A DNA stretch of 64,000 nt from Polyangiaceae bacterium (GCA_050287085.1 JBNKBE010000014.1:1-64000); one strand, 5' to 3'. Positions 1 to 10,965 are shown, counted from the first letter of the stretch. Made by a program: numbers and translations. Notes: generated from the sequence alone by a model not told the origin.

Positions 1-93
1 CTCGGCGCCCTGCTGTCTCGGCGCCCTGCTGTCTCGGCGCCCTGCTGTCTCGGCGCCCTGCTGTCTCGGCGCCCTGCTGTCTCGGCGCCCTGC
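1..93. repeat. 16-bp tandem repeat (CTCGGCGCCCTGCTGT) x5.8, may extend beyond the window start
   Basis: Five perfect copies at 1-80 plus a 13-bp partial copy at 81-93; no spacers. Confidence 0.97.
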
Positions 94-167
94 CAGGCCA
101 GATGTGGGTTCATTGGGTCAAAGTGCGATACTGGAGTGCGAAGCTCAGCCGAGCTGGGGCTTGGGGG

Positions 168-195
168 AGGGTGCAGGGTGCAGGGTGCAGGGTGC
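168..195 (+). repeat. 7-bp tandem repeat (AGGGTGC) x4, G-quadruplex-capable
   Basis: Four GGG tracts separated by TGCA; additional G-runs at 156-167. Confidence 0.9.
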
Positions 196-426
196 ATAAT
201 CACCTTATTATGCGCCTAGTTGCAGTGAATCATTGGCCTAGGGGAATGCATAATGCGTCATTATGCATTCCCAACTCAAGTGCTCACCTGCATTATCGAG
301 AATTATGCAGGCTGGCGCAGCACATGCATTATGCGTGTCGTCCAGCTGAGATCATGGCAGCTGCTGCGCAGTTCAGTGCATTATTCAGTGCGCTACCTGC
401 GGAGGCATGCATAATGCGCCTATGCG
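191..426. promoter_or_regulatory. Array of TGCATAAT / ATTATGCA inverted-repeat boxes (putative operator or protein-binding sites)
   Basis: Inverted repeats at 191-216, 242-272 (perfect 14-bp arms) and 287-311; further imperfect or half sites near 322-338, 377-385 and 408-426; locally AT-richer than the flanks. Confidence 0.6.
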
Positions 427-461
427 TGAGGGGTGGGTCTGTGGGATGGCTTAGAGCGTTG

Positions 462-2954
462 ATGAGGGCTGCCGTGCCCCGAATCGACAGCTATGGGGAC
501 CTGGCTCGTCGCTGCCTGCAGCACCGACTGTGGCCGGCAGGGGTGCAGCCAAAGCCGCGCTCCTTGGCTGCACTATTCTCCAAGTTCGATCGCGGCATCG
601 AACTTGAGTGGTTGCGTGACCGCATCCCAGCCCAAGGTGCCCTTTCGGATATCCTCGGGTGCCCGCTTAGTTCCGTACAGGGTCCCCTAGCAACCGGCCT
701 TGCGGATGGCGGCCAGAGCGGCCACCGCTGGCGCTTCGTTGACGCTCCCCAAGCCCGACCCCTTGACCTGAAGACGGAGCCACTGCCGCCGAGCTTTCCC
801 GACATCATCCAGCACCCCGGTGCTTGGAAGCGCTTGTGGTGGCGCACCGCGGACGGCGGCGGCGCTGCGCTCGTGCGGCGATGGTTGGAGGTCCGGCAGC
901 TCGCCTGGTGTCTGCGCCTTCGAAGTTGGAACGACCTCGGCGCAATCGAGCTCCCCCCGCCCAGCAGACCCCTTTTCATTGAGCTCGACACGGCCCACGG
1001 CGAGGTTCCCGAGACGTTGCGTACGCGCTCGGCTCTCTGTATTGCGAGCAGCTTCAGACCCGGAGGGATCGACCTGGACGAGGTCGCCCTCGAAGCCAAG
1101 CCTCCAGTGGACGCGATCCTGCAGTGGTTGGAGGAGCGCCTGCCAGAAGCGGGCTATTTCGATCCCGCGCACGCGCTCGAGTTTTGCCTCCGCGCGGAAA
1201 TCGCGCCGAGCCTCGACTCTTTTGAGGCGATCATCGGACTCGGTGCGCTGCTCGACTCGCTAGGATACGAGCCGATACGGGACCGCGCTCTGAGTGCCCT
1301 CGCGCGCGAGGGCGTGACGCGACGTCTCAGACAGGCCGCCAGCGCCGGCTCACAGGAAGCCGCTTGGCTTGAACCCCGAGGGTTTGAGGTCCTTGTGCAC
1401 ACAGCGGTGCATGCGCTCACCCAATCCGCGTACTCGTGGCTCACTTCGCGCCAGCGGGAGGAATGGCTGGCGCTCGTGGCCCCAGCCGGCGAGGCCGTCT
1501 TCCCGGAACCCATGGAAGAGCCGCCGCTGGACGAGGTGCCGCGGGAAGCCGCCACTTCCAGGCAGGAGAACATCCTGCGAGCCCTGGTGGCGGGCCAACT
1601 ACTACATGCCGAGCCCGACCAGCGGTGGCGCTTCGCGCCGCGGTGGCTGGGACGAGTCGTCGGCGAGCAGGCCCTGGAAACCTTGATCGATCTCTCCCCT
1701 AGAGCGTGGGGCTCAGCGCAGTTGCATAGCTCACATGCAGAACTGCTCCGGCAAGCCCTGCTCGCTCGCCTGCGAAGGGGCGAGTTCGCTTTCGTGGATG
1801 CCGTGCTGGCATGTGGCGGGGACGACGATGCTGAATTGGCATGTGCGCTCGAGACCAGTGTGGAACTGTGTGGCCTAGCGCGACTTGAAGGCGTATCGGT
1901 GGACGTCGGCCGGGCAGAGCGCCTCCTAGAGGCTCAGAGCCGCCTGCTGATTCGAGAACGCGGTCAGGTTTGCCCACGACTGACGTCCGGAGCCAGGCGG
2001 GAAGCCCATTGGCGTCTTGCCGTGTGGGCGCTGTGTGAAGAGCTCCCCGCACGCGGCCCCGCCGAGCTTTCGCCTTGGAATAGCCGGCCCCCCCTGGTGA
2101 CTCAATTCGATGCATTGCTCGAGCTGTTTCAAGGCGCCGCCATGGAGTGTTGGTTTCCGGAAGCCCACGCCCTGCTCCTGCGCGTGGCATGGGCCCATGC
2201 CGATACGGCATTGAGCACCCACGCCGTCTGCTTGCCTGCACTCGCGGTAGCGGAGCACGTGCCCGCAACCCTCCATCGCCTTTCCAAGCTACGTCACGGC
2301 TACCATGCGCTGCTGGCGCTGCTGCACAAGGGCGATATCCAACCCGAGCAGTGGTGTGCCCGGGCCTGGCGGGCATGGTCCGCCGCCAATTTCGAAACCT
2401 GCGACTTCTTTGCTCCTGACGCTCCGCAGGCTGTTGAAGTGTGGACTTGGGCGCCCGCTGACGCCGTGACGGAACTCGTTTGGCTAAAGAGCGGAGCGGC
2501 GCTTCAAATCCGCTTTTCAGCGCTCAGCCCAGCCGCTTGGCGAGGCTATCTCGATGCAACGCCTCACGTTCCGCTCAGGGCCTGGACTGCCGTCCCGAAG
2601 GAGGTAGTGCTTGAGGCGTTGGCCGCAGCCCAGCGTTTGGGTGATGCCGACGGTGCGAGCACCCTTTGGCTCGGACATCCTCGGGCCATGCTCTCAGCCT
2701 TCGAGCGGGCGTTGGTCGAGGGCTCCCAACCAAGCCTGGAATTGCTGCTGAACTCCCTGCCGCCACAGCGCGCCGAGACATTGCTGCGCCGACTGGAAGA
2801 GCAGCTGCCGCAAGTCGACATCAACTCACCTGCAATGGCTCAAATACACCCCTTTCTTACAAGCCGTGTGTTGACTCGAGCGGACTACTTTCGGCTTTGT
2901 TATGAGCTGCTAGCCTCGATTGAGCGGAGACGACGCGCCGGAGGGCGAAACTAA
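462..2954 (+). CDS. Large hypothetical protein (~830 aa): possible N-terminal DNA-binding domain, degenerate P-loop, helical C-terminus
   Basis: Long ORF; start moved from 102 to ATG 462 because 102-461 is the repeat/operator region; LWWRTADGGGAALV resembles an eroded Walker A. Confidence 0.75.
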   Translation: MRAAVPRIDSYGDLARRCLQHRLWPAGVQPKPRSLAALFSKFDRGIELEWLRDRIPAQGALSDILGCPLSSVQGPLATGLADGGQSGHRWRFVDAPQARPLDLKTEPLPPSFPDIIQHPGAWKRLWWRTADGGGAALVRRWLEVRQLAWCLRLRSWNDLGAIELPPPSRPLFIELDTAHGEVPETLRTRSALCIASSFRPGGIDLDEVALEAKPPVDAILQWLEERLPEAGYFDPAHALEFCLRAEIAPSLDSFEAIIGLGALLDSLGYEPIRDRALSALAREGVTRRLRQAASAGSQEAAWLEPRGFEVLVHTAVHALTQSAYSWLTSRQREEWLALVAPAGEAVFPEPMEEPPLDEVPREAATSRQENILRALVAGQLLHAEPDQRWRFAPRWLGRVVGEQALETLIDLSPRAWGSAQLHSSHAELLRQALLARLRRGEFAFVDAVLACGGDDDAELACALETSVELCGLARLEGVSVDVGRAERLLEAQSRLLIRERGQVCPRLTSGARREAHWRLAVWALCEELPARGPAELSPWNSRPPLVTQFDALLELFQGAAMECWFPEAHALLLRVAWAHADTALSTHAVCLPALAVAEHVPATLHRLSKLRHGYHALLALLHKGDIQPEQWCARAWRAWSAANFETCDFFAPDAPQAVEVWTWAPADAVTELVWLKSGAALQIRFSALSPAAWRGYLDATPHVPLRAWTAVPKEVVLEALAAAQRLGDADGASTLWLGHPRAMLSAFERALVEGSQPSLELLLNSLPPQRAETLLRRLEEQLPQVDINSPAMAQIHPFLTSRVLTRADYFRLCYELLASIERRRRAGGRN

Positions 2955-3175
2955 GGGCCCGTGGCTCGGAAAGCCCTCCCACGCCGGCCGCTCCCCTTGC
3001 CGTGGCGGGCGGGCTCGTCGCTGGGCTCCTCAAGCTGCTCCAGTGGCTCTGCGATGCTCGCTCCTCTGGCGCCCACCTCGCGGCGGTCTCGACCGGCTCG
3101 CGACTGACTTTCCCCTCCGCGGGCCCTCGGGGAAAACTGACAGGACGTCTCCAAACATGGTATTTGCGCGCCGTC

Positions 3176-3733
3176 ATGAACCGCTCGCTGGCTCAAGAGT
3201 ATTCGCTTCCCCTATCTCCGGCGGGGGCTCTGATCGCAGCCTGGGGTGTCTTCGGTGTCCTACTACTGCTCACCCAGGCAATAGTCCGGCTCGGTAGCCT
3301 CGCCCTGGAAGCCTGGCACCAGCCGTGGACTCCCATCCAAGCCGCCGTGGCTTTGGGCTGGGTCGTTTTCAATGCTTATGGCGAGGGCTATCGCGCTTTC
3401 CAGAAGCGCTTCTCTCCGCGGGTTGTCGCTCGCGCACTATACCTGGCCGAGCACCCTAAGGCTGCGTACGTCGCGCTGGCGCCGCTCTTCTGCATGGCAT
3501 TCTTCCACGCATCGCGCCGTGCCCAGATTATCGCTTGGTCGACCACCACAATGGTGGTCACCCTGATCGTGATCATGCGCCGCATTCCGCAACCATGGCG
3601 CGGCATCGTCGACCTTGGGGTGGTGGTCGCGCTGATATGGGGTGCGGGTGCGATTGTGTACTTCTTTCTGGGTGCCCTCGCCCTGCAGCGCAGACCCCCT
3701 GCCACCGCTGCGCTTCCTGAACCTCACCTCTGA
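3176..3733 (+). CDS. Hypothetical integral membrane protein (about 4-5 TM)
   Basis: Hydrophobic segments plus the conserved-looking AYGEGYRAFQKRFSPRVVARA; start estimated at ATG 3176. Confidence 0.75.
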   Translation: MNRSLAQEYSLPLSPAGALIAAWGVFGVLLLLTQAIVRLGSLALEAWHQPWTPIQAAVALGWVVFNAYGEGYRAFQKRFSPRVVARALYLAEHPKAAYVALAPLFCMAFFHASRRAQIIAWSTTTMVVTLIVIMRRIPQPWRGIVDLGVVVALIWGAGAIVYFFLGALALQRRPPATAALPEPHL

Positions 3734-3936
3734 ACCCACACACCACGCCTTCCAAGATGGGTGGCCTTTGACCTCGCACGAGATTGAAGCAGACTATGCC
3801 CATGGCGTTACGGCATCAAATAGGAAGAGGGCGCCGAGCCGCTCAACAACACGTGCAAACTTCGTGGGCCGAGACAGCTGAGGGCCATGATGGGGCCCCA
3901 CTGGACGTCGAGCCAACCAGTCTGCCAAGACTGAGA

Positions 3937-5325
3937 ATGTCCGCGCCGCTGGCCATCATGCTCGGCGGCTTGACCGTGAGCGCCCTGAGCCTCGCGGGAT
4001 GCCGACCTGCAACCACGGAAGACGAAGTCGCCCGACGTGACGGGGGTCGCAAGCAGGAAGCGAGCGCTGCGGGCGGCTCCAAGAGTAGCCAGAAGCCACA
4101 ATCCGATCCTCCCGCTAGCCCGAGCGACGATGAGGCGACGAACGTCAGCGATGACTCCGCCTCCGGAGGAGCGCAAGACAAGGGCTCTCAGGACCGGGAC
4201 ACGCATGACTCCGACGCTGGGAGCGACGACACCACCCCGACAGACACGTCAAAGCCAGCTCCGCTGTCCCCCCCTGACGGACAGGCGAAGGAGCTCGCGA
4301 CGCGCTTGGGACGCTCGCACTTCCTCATCGGCCTCGGAAACGACCTGGCGCAAGACCACAACAATGACGGCGCCTACCGCGTCGGGACAACGTTGGACAT
4401 CCACTACGCCTACCTCGCGGGGCTACCGGGACGCGGCGGCTGGCCCGACTGGAACAAGGACGGAAAGTTCGTGAACATCCTGACGGACACGGCTGACGCC
4501 CATGGCGTAATCCCGATGTTCACGCTCTACGCGATGGCCGCGGGCGGCGAAAACAATCTGTCGGTCCTGACGGATGAGGACTTCATGACCGACTATCTCG
4601 CTGGCGCGAAGCTTATGTTCGAACGACTAGCGGTATTCGACAAGCCAGCACTCGTTCACCTAGAACCGGACTTTTGGGGCTACACCCAACACGGCAAGCA
4701 GGACCCGGAGCAGGAAGCGGCTCTGGTGGGAAGTGTGCTGGATGACTGCACGATGGAGTCGGAATCGCTGGCGGGATTGGGTCATTGTTTGGTGCGCCTC
4801 GCACGCTCGATTGCCCCCAAAGTCGCCCTTGGATTCCACGCGTCGGCCTGGGCCGATCCGGACCCCGCAGCCGTCAGCGCCTACCTGAGGGCGCTAGGGG
4901 CTGACCTCGCCGACTTCGTAGTCGTTGAGGCTTTGGACCGAGACGCCGGATGCTTCGAGGCCGCACAAGATCCCAACTGCGCACGCGGTACCACCGGCTA
5001 CTACTGGGACGAAACGAACCAAACCTCGCCCAACTTCCACGAACACTTACAGTGGGCAAGCACTATCTCCAAAGGAGTTGGGCGCCCGCTGCTATGGTGG
5101 CAACTGCCCCTGGGAGTGCCCAGCGACAGCCCAGGTGGCATGCCCGGCGCCTACCGCGACAATCGAGTCAAGTACCTATTCGAACACGTTGACGAGTTCG
5201 CTGCAGCGGGGGGCGTGGGCGCCGCCTTTGGAACGGGTGCGGGCAATCAGACAACCATCGACTCCGACGGCGGGCAATTCGAGCGGGCCGTGAAGCAGTA
5301 TTATGCGGCCCCGTACGCCTTCTGA
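3937..5325 (+). CDS. Lipoprotein with Ser/Asp-rich linker and putative glycoside-hydrolase-like TIM-barrel domain
   Basis: Lipobox LAGC, low-complexity linker, Trp/aromatic-rich domain with VHLEPDFWGY; start estimated. Confidence 0.65.
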   Translation: MSAPLAIMLGGLTVSALSLAGCRPATTEDEVARRDGGRKQEASAAGGSKSSQKPQSDPPASPSDDEATNVSDDSASGGAQDKGSQDRDTHDSDAGSDDTTPTDTSKPAPLSPPDGQAKELATRLGRSHFLIGLGNDLAQDHNNDGAYRVGTTLDIHYAYLAGLPGRGGWPDWNKDGKFVNILTDTADAHGVIPMFTLYAMAAGGENNLSVLTDEDFMTDYLAGAKLMFERLAVFDKPALVHLEPDFWGYTQHGKQDPEQEAALVGSVLDDCTMESESLAGLGHCLVRLARSIAPKVALGFHASAWADPDPAAVSAYLRALGADLADFVVVEALDRDAGCFEAAQDPNCARGTTGYYWDETNQTSPNFHEHLQWASTISKGVGRPLLWWQLPLGVPSDSPGGMPGAYRDNRVKYLFEHVDEFAAAGGVGAAFGTGAGNQTTIDSDGGQFERAVKQYYAAPYAF

Positions 5326-5358
5326 AGCGGCTCGGCGCTTGGACACGCACGAGCCGCT
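5326..5358. terminator. Hairpin between convergent genes (possible terminator)
   Basis: AGCGGCTCG...CGAGCCGCT 9-bp inverted repeat; no U-tract. Confidence 0.4.
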
Positions 5359-5372
5359 CGCCAATGGCGCCT

Positions 5373-6761
5373 TCAGATCTGCATAGCCCGGCCATCGACG
5401 GCCAGAGCTGCCTGACGCAGCGCCTCTGATAGCGTTGGGTGTCCGTGGCAGGTGCGCGCGATGTCCTCCGCCGAAGCCCCAAACTCAATCGCAGCCACTG
5501 CCTCCGCGATCAAATCTCCCGCGCGAGGTCCGACGATATGAACTCCCAAAACACGGTCGGTGTGCTTGTCCGCCAATACCTTGATACGGCCATCCGTGGA
5601 GTTGAGGGCCTTGGCTCGCCCATTGGCGATAAACGGGAAGACCCCCTTGCGATACTCAACACCCGCTTCCTTGAGTTCTTCTTCGGTCTTGCCAACCGCT
5701 GCAAGCTCCGGATGCGTGTAAACGATACCCGGTATGGCGTTGTAGTTCACGTGACAGTAACCCGTGGCCATTCCCTCCACACACGCTACTCCTTCGTCCT
5801 CCGCCTTGTGCGCGAGCATCGGACCCGGGATTACGTCACCTACAGCGAAGATGCCAGGTACGCTGGTCTGAAACGCCCCATCTACCACTATCACGCCGCG
5901 CTTGCCCGTCTGCACTCCGACCTTGTCTAGCCCCAGGCCCTCGGTGTTGGGCACGCGCCCAACCGCTAGCAATACTCGATCGCAGCGAATGGGCTCAGCC
6001 CCATCGATCTTGACGACAGCGCCGTCTCCGTCACGCTCCGCCCCCGTGACACGGGAAGCGAGTTGGAACTTCATGCCTTGGCGCGCCAAGATCTTCTGAG
6101 CTTCTTTTGCGACCTCAGCATCCATGCCCGGCAGGATGCGATCGAGATACTCAACAACGGTGACCTCAGCGCCGAGTCGGCGCCAAACCGATCCGAGTTC
6201 AAGCCCAATGACGCCAGCCCCGATCACAACCAAGTGCTTAGGAACCCCGTCGTAGGCTAGAGCTTCCGTGCTGGTTCCGACATACTGGCCGTCTACCACC
6301 ACGCCCGGCAGTGGCGCTGACTTGCTTCCGGTGGCGATGAGGATCTTGTCTGCATGCAATTCCTCCGTGCCAGTGCTACTGGTCACAACGACCGTATTGC
6401 GGCTCTTGAACGAACCGGTGCCGAGGAAGCGGGTGATCTTGTTCTTCTTGAAGAGAAAGTCGATGCCCCCGGTCAAGGAGTCCACAACGGAATCCTTCTT
6501 CTTCATCATCTGGGGCAAGTCCAACTGTAGACCCGAGACCTTGATGCCCAAGGACGCGAAGTGCTCACTTGCGTCCTCATAGCGTTCGCTCGCCTCCAAC
6601 AACGCCTTGCTTGGAATACAGCCCACGCGGAGACATGTGCCACCGAGCTTGGGCTCGAGCTCCACGCAGGCGACCTTCATGCCGAGTTGCGCCGCTCGAA
6701 TGGCTGCGTTGTACCCACCAGGGCCGCCCCCGATGACGACCAAATCGAATTGGTTTGCCAT
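5373..6761 (-). CDS. lpdA: Dihydrolipoamide dehydrogenase (E3)
   Basis: GGGPGG FAD motif, GGTCLRVGCIPSK redox disulfide, GAGVIGLE, HPTLSE. Confidence 0.98.
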   Translation of the reverse strand: MANQFDLVVIGGGPGGYNAAIRAAQLGMKVACVELEPKLGGTCLRVGCIPSKALLEASERYEDASEHFASLGIKVSGLQLDLPQMMKKKDSVVDSLTGGIDFLFKKNKITRFLGTGSFKSRNTVVVTSSTGTEELHADKILIATGSKSAPLPGVVVDGQYVGTSTEALAYDGVPKHLVVIGAGVIGLELGSVWRRLGAEVTVVEYLDRILPGMDAEVAKEAQKILARQGMKFQLASRVTGAERDGDGAVVKIDGAEPIRCDRVLLAVGRVPNTEGLGLDKVGVQTGKRGVIVVDGAFQTSVPGIFAVGDVIPGPMLAHKAEDEGVACVEGMATGYCHVNYNAIPGIVYTHPELAAVGKTEEELKEAGVEYRKGVFPFIANGRAKALNSTDGRIKVLADKHTDRVLGVHIVGPRAGDLIAEAVAAIEFGASAEDIARTCHGHPTLSEALRQAALAVDGRAMQI

Positions 6762-6768
6762 GGCTTGA

Positions 6769-7986
<1,218 letters not shown>

Positions 7987-8088
7987 TTTCGAATCTAGAT
8001 CCTTGTGCTTTCCATGCCCCGCTCGGGGCAAAACCTTGACGTCCGCGCGCTCGCTGCGCCGGGGACGCCGCAAATCATGGGAACCGCG

Positions 8089-10965
8089 CTATGCCTGCGA
8101 AAGCTCGGCAAACGCCGCGTCAAGTAGCTCTCGTTGCTCGAGCTTGTGACTGCTTGCAGACCCCGTAGCTGGACTCGCAGAACGTTCACGTGTCACCGCA
8201 CGCATCGCATATTTTCCGAGCAAACGGTCACCGAACACGAGGCGAAGGAAAGGCCATGCCCCCTGGTTGTACGGCTCATCCTGCACCCAGAAAACCTCTA
8301 CATCGGCTGGGAACTCCGCCATCAGCTCACCGAGCGCGGCATCGGGGAAAGGGTAGAGCTCTTCGACTCTCAAGATGGCGACGTCTTTACGCTCAAGGTC
8401 CTCGCGATGCTTCTCCAATTCGTAGTAAATCTTGCCACTACACAGCAGTACGCGGCGCACATGCTCGGGACGCACTGTCTCATCGCGCAATACGGCTTCG
8501 AAACGACCACGGGCAACCTCTTCCAACGTATTGGTGGCCCGAGGGTGACGCAGAAGGCTCTTGGGCGAGAATACGATCAGGGGCTTGCGCCACTTGCGCA
8601 TGACCTGGCGTCGCAGAAGATGGAACATCTGCGCCGGAGTGGTCGGCTGAACGATCTGCATGTTGTCCTCAGCCGCCAGCGTCAAGAAGCGTTCAAGTCG
8701 AGCGCTCGAGTGCTCCGGGCCCATCCCCTCGAAGCCATGCGGCAAGAGCAAGACCAATCCGCTCAGGCGATTCCACTTATCCTCGGCACTCGAAATAAAC
8801 TGGTCGATAATGACCTGCGCCACATTGCAGAAGTCCCCAAATTGGGCCTCCCACAAGACCAAACCTTCGGGACAATCGAGGCTGTAACCCCACTCGAACC
8901 CTAGAACCCCGGACTCGCTGAGCGCGCTGTTGTAGATCTCAACGAGCCCTTGTTTGGACGCCAAGAAACGCAGCGAGCAGTGGGTTGCACCCGTCGCATT
9001 GTCGTGCACGACGGCATGACGATGCGAGAATGTGCCGCGTTCAACGTCCTGACCGCTCATGCGAACGGGGACGCCCCGGTCAATCACCGAGGCGAACGCC
9101 GCCATCTCAGCGGCGCCCCAATCCCAAACACGCTGCCCCTCGGCCATTTCGTGGCGCTGCGCGAAGAGACGCTCCACCTTCTTGTGCAACTGGAAGCCCT
9201 CGGGAACCCGACACGTCAGATCCAGGAGCCGCGTCAACTCCGAGGATGCAATTGAAGTGTCGACCCGTTCGGCCTGGGCGCTTCGACCTCCGAAGTAGCC
9301 CTGCCAATACCCGCCGAGAAACTGGGGCTGCGCGTGAAAGTCCGCTTGCCTTGCGACGTTGAGCTCACGGTCAAGCATCTCCCGCCGCTCTAAGGCGATG
9401 CGGTCGGCTTCTTCACGAGTGAACCCGCCGAGCTGCAGGAGATGGGTGAGATAGCTCTCTCGCACACTGGGACGGCGCGCGATCGCCTTGTACATCAGGG
9501 GCTGAGTGAATGCGGGCTCGTCGGTCTCGTTGTGTCCATGCCGGCGGTAGCCATACATGTCGATGATGACGTCACGCTTGAAACGCGCCCTGAAGTCCAG
9601 CGCCATGTTCACAACCTGAGCCACAGCCTCTGGATCCTCTCCGTTGACGTGGAAGATGGGGATCTGGAGCATCTTTGCCACGTCCGTGCAGTAGGTACTG
9701 GTCCGCGACTGGTGCGGCGACGTGGTAAACCCGATCTGGTTGTTGACTATGACGTGCAACGTACCACCCACGTGATACGCGTCCAGACCGCTCAAGTTGA
9801 GGGTTTCCTGTACTATGCCCTCACCCGCAAAAGCAGCGTCGCCGTGAATCAGAATCGCGAGCTTCTTCTCCCGCCCCTTGTCTTTGACCCGATCTTGCTT
9901 GGCGCGCACCCGTCCCTGCACAACGGTGTTCACGTATTCCAGGTGGCTCGGATTGAAACACAGGGATAGGTGCACGTTCCGCCCCTTGAGGGTCGTGATG
10001 TCGGAACTGTAGCCAAGGTGGTACTTCACGTCACCTCGCCCGCGGTACAGCTGAGCGTCCTTGTCGTCGAATTCCCGGAAGATAAGGCTCGGGCTCTTGC
10101 GCAGAATATTGGCGAGAACGTTGAGGCGCCCGCGATGCGCCATGCCGAGCGTCACTTCGTCTACGCCATGGCCGGAAGCGCGTTCGATCGCCCAATCAAG
10201 CAAGGGAATCAGGCTTTCAGAGCCTTCGAGCGAAAAGCTCTTCGCCCCAAGGAACTTCTTCTGAATGAACTCTTCGAGAATGGTCGCATCCGTCAGCAAA
10301 GTGTAGATGTGACGCTGTCGCTCAGTCGAGATCTCGAGTCGGTTCTGGCTCCCTTCCATGCGCTCCTGGAGCCAATTCTTGCTGTCCACGTCGTGGATAT
10401 GCATGAACTCGACGCCGATGCTTCGGCAGTAGGTATTGCGCAGCCGCTTCAAGATCTGGCGCAACGTCAGCGTCTCCGTCCCGAAGATGGTACGGCTCGA
10501 AAACGTGCAATCGAAGTCGGCTTCCGTGAGATGATAGTAGCCGGGGTCAAGCTCTGGGTGGTCGGGGCGAGGCATGCCCAACGGATCCACGTTCGCGATC
10601 ATATGTCCCCTGACGCGGTAAGCTCGAATCAGCTGATCTACGCGATCTTGACGAATCGCGATGTCCATGCTGGGAGCATTGGGACGAATTGACCCAAGCG
10701 GCGGGTGCTTGACGCCACCGCCATTCTTCGACAGATCGATCTCCGTGGGATTGGTCGGATAACTCAGCGTCGGCGCACTTTGGAGCGCCGGCGGGTCGAA
10801 CAGCGTCGAGGGCGTGAAAGTGGGACGAATCGTGCCTTGAAAGGAGCCCATCTCGCGCCGGAAAAAGCGGCGCCAATGCTGGGGGACGGACTCGGGATCT
10901 TGCAGGTAATCCTCGAAGAGGGCCTCGACGAACGCCAGGTTCGTCGTGTTTGGAAGTGTCGTCAT
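8089..10965 (-). CDS. sucA: 2-oxoglutarate dehydrogenase E1
   Basis: GMAHRGRLN, GDVKYHLG, HGDAAFAGEG TPP motif, WEAQFGDF, GPEHSSAR; start at MTTLPN. Confidence 0.98.
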   Translation of the reverse strand: MTTLPNTTNLAFVEALFEDYLQDPESVPQHWRRFFRREMGSFQGTIRPTFTPSTLFDPPALQSAPTLSYPTNPTEIDLSKNGGGVKHPPLGSIRPNAPSMDIAIRQDRVDQLIRAYRVRGHMIANVDPLGMPRPDHPELDPGYYHLTEADFDCTFSSRTIFGTETLTLRQILKRLRNTYCRSIGVEFMHIHDVDSKNWLQERMEGSQNRLEISTERQRHIYTLLTDATILEEFIQKKFLGAKSFSLEGSESLIPLLDWAIERASGHGVDEVTLGMAHRGRLNVLANILRKSPSLIFREFDDKDAQLYRGRGDVKYHLGYSSDITTLKGRNVHLSLCFNPSHLEYVNTVVQGRVRAKQDRVKDKGREKKLAILIHGDAAFAGEGIVQETLNLSGLDAYHVGGTLHVIVNNQIGFTTSPHQSRTSTYCTDVAKMLQIPIFHVNGEDPEAVAQVVNMALDFRARFKRDVIIDMYGYRRHGHNETDEPAFTQPLMYKAIARRPSVRESYLTHLLQLGGFTREEADRIALERREMLDRELNVARQADFHAQPQFLGGYWQGYFGGRSAQAERVDTSIASSELTRLLDLTCRVPEGFQLHKKVERLFAQRHEMAEGQRVWDWGAAEMAAFASVIDRGVPVRMSGQDVERGTFSHRHAVVHDNATGATHCSLRFLASKQGLVEIYNSALSESGVLGFEWGYSLDCPEGLVLWEAQFGDFCNVAQVIIDQFISSAEDKWNRLSGLVLLLPHGFEGMGPEHSSARLERFLTLAAEDNMQIVQPTTPAQMFHLLRRQVMRKWRKPLIVFSPKSLLRHPRATNTLEEVARGRFEAVLRDETVRPEHVRRVLLCSGKIYYELEKHREDLERKDVAILRVEELYPFPDAALGELMAEFPADVEVFWVQDEPYNQGAWPFLRLVFGDRLLGKYAMRAVTRERSASPATGSASSHKLEQRELLDAAFAELSQA

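Noticed and set aside
1..93. CRISPR array
   Set aside because: Contiguous 16-bp units without spacers, and no cas genes
191..311. Chromosomal dif site
   Set aside because: Has XerC-like GCATAA arms but is symmetric, has 7-8 bp centres, lacks the TTATGT(T)AAA XerD arm, and occurs in multiple copies
102..461. N-terminal 120 aa of the 950-aa ORF
   Set aside because: Translates the repeats and palindromes into atypical His/Cys/Met-rich sequence; ATG 462 is the more plausible start
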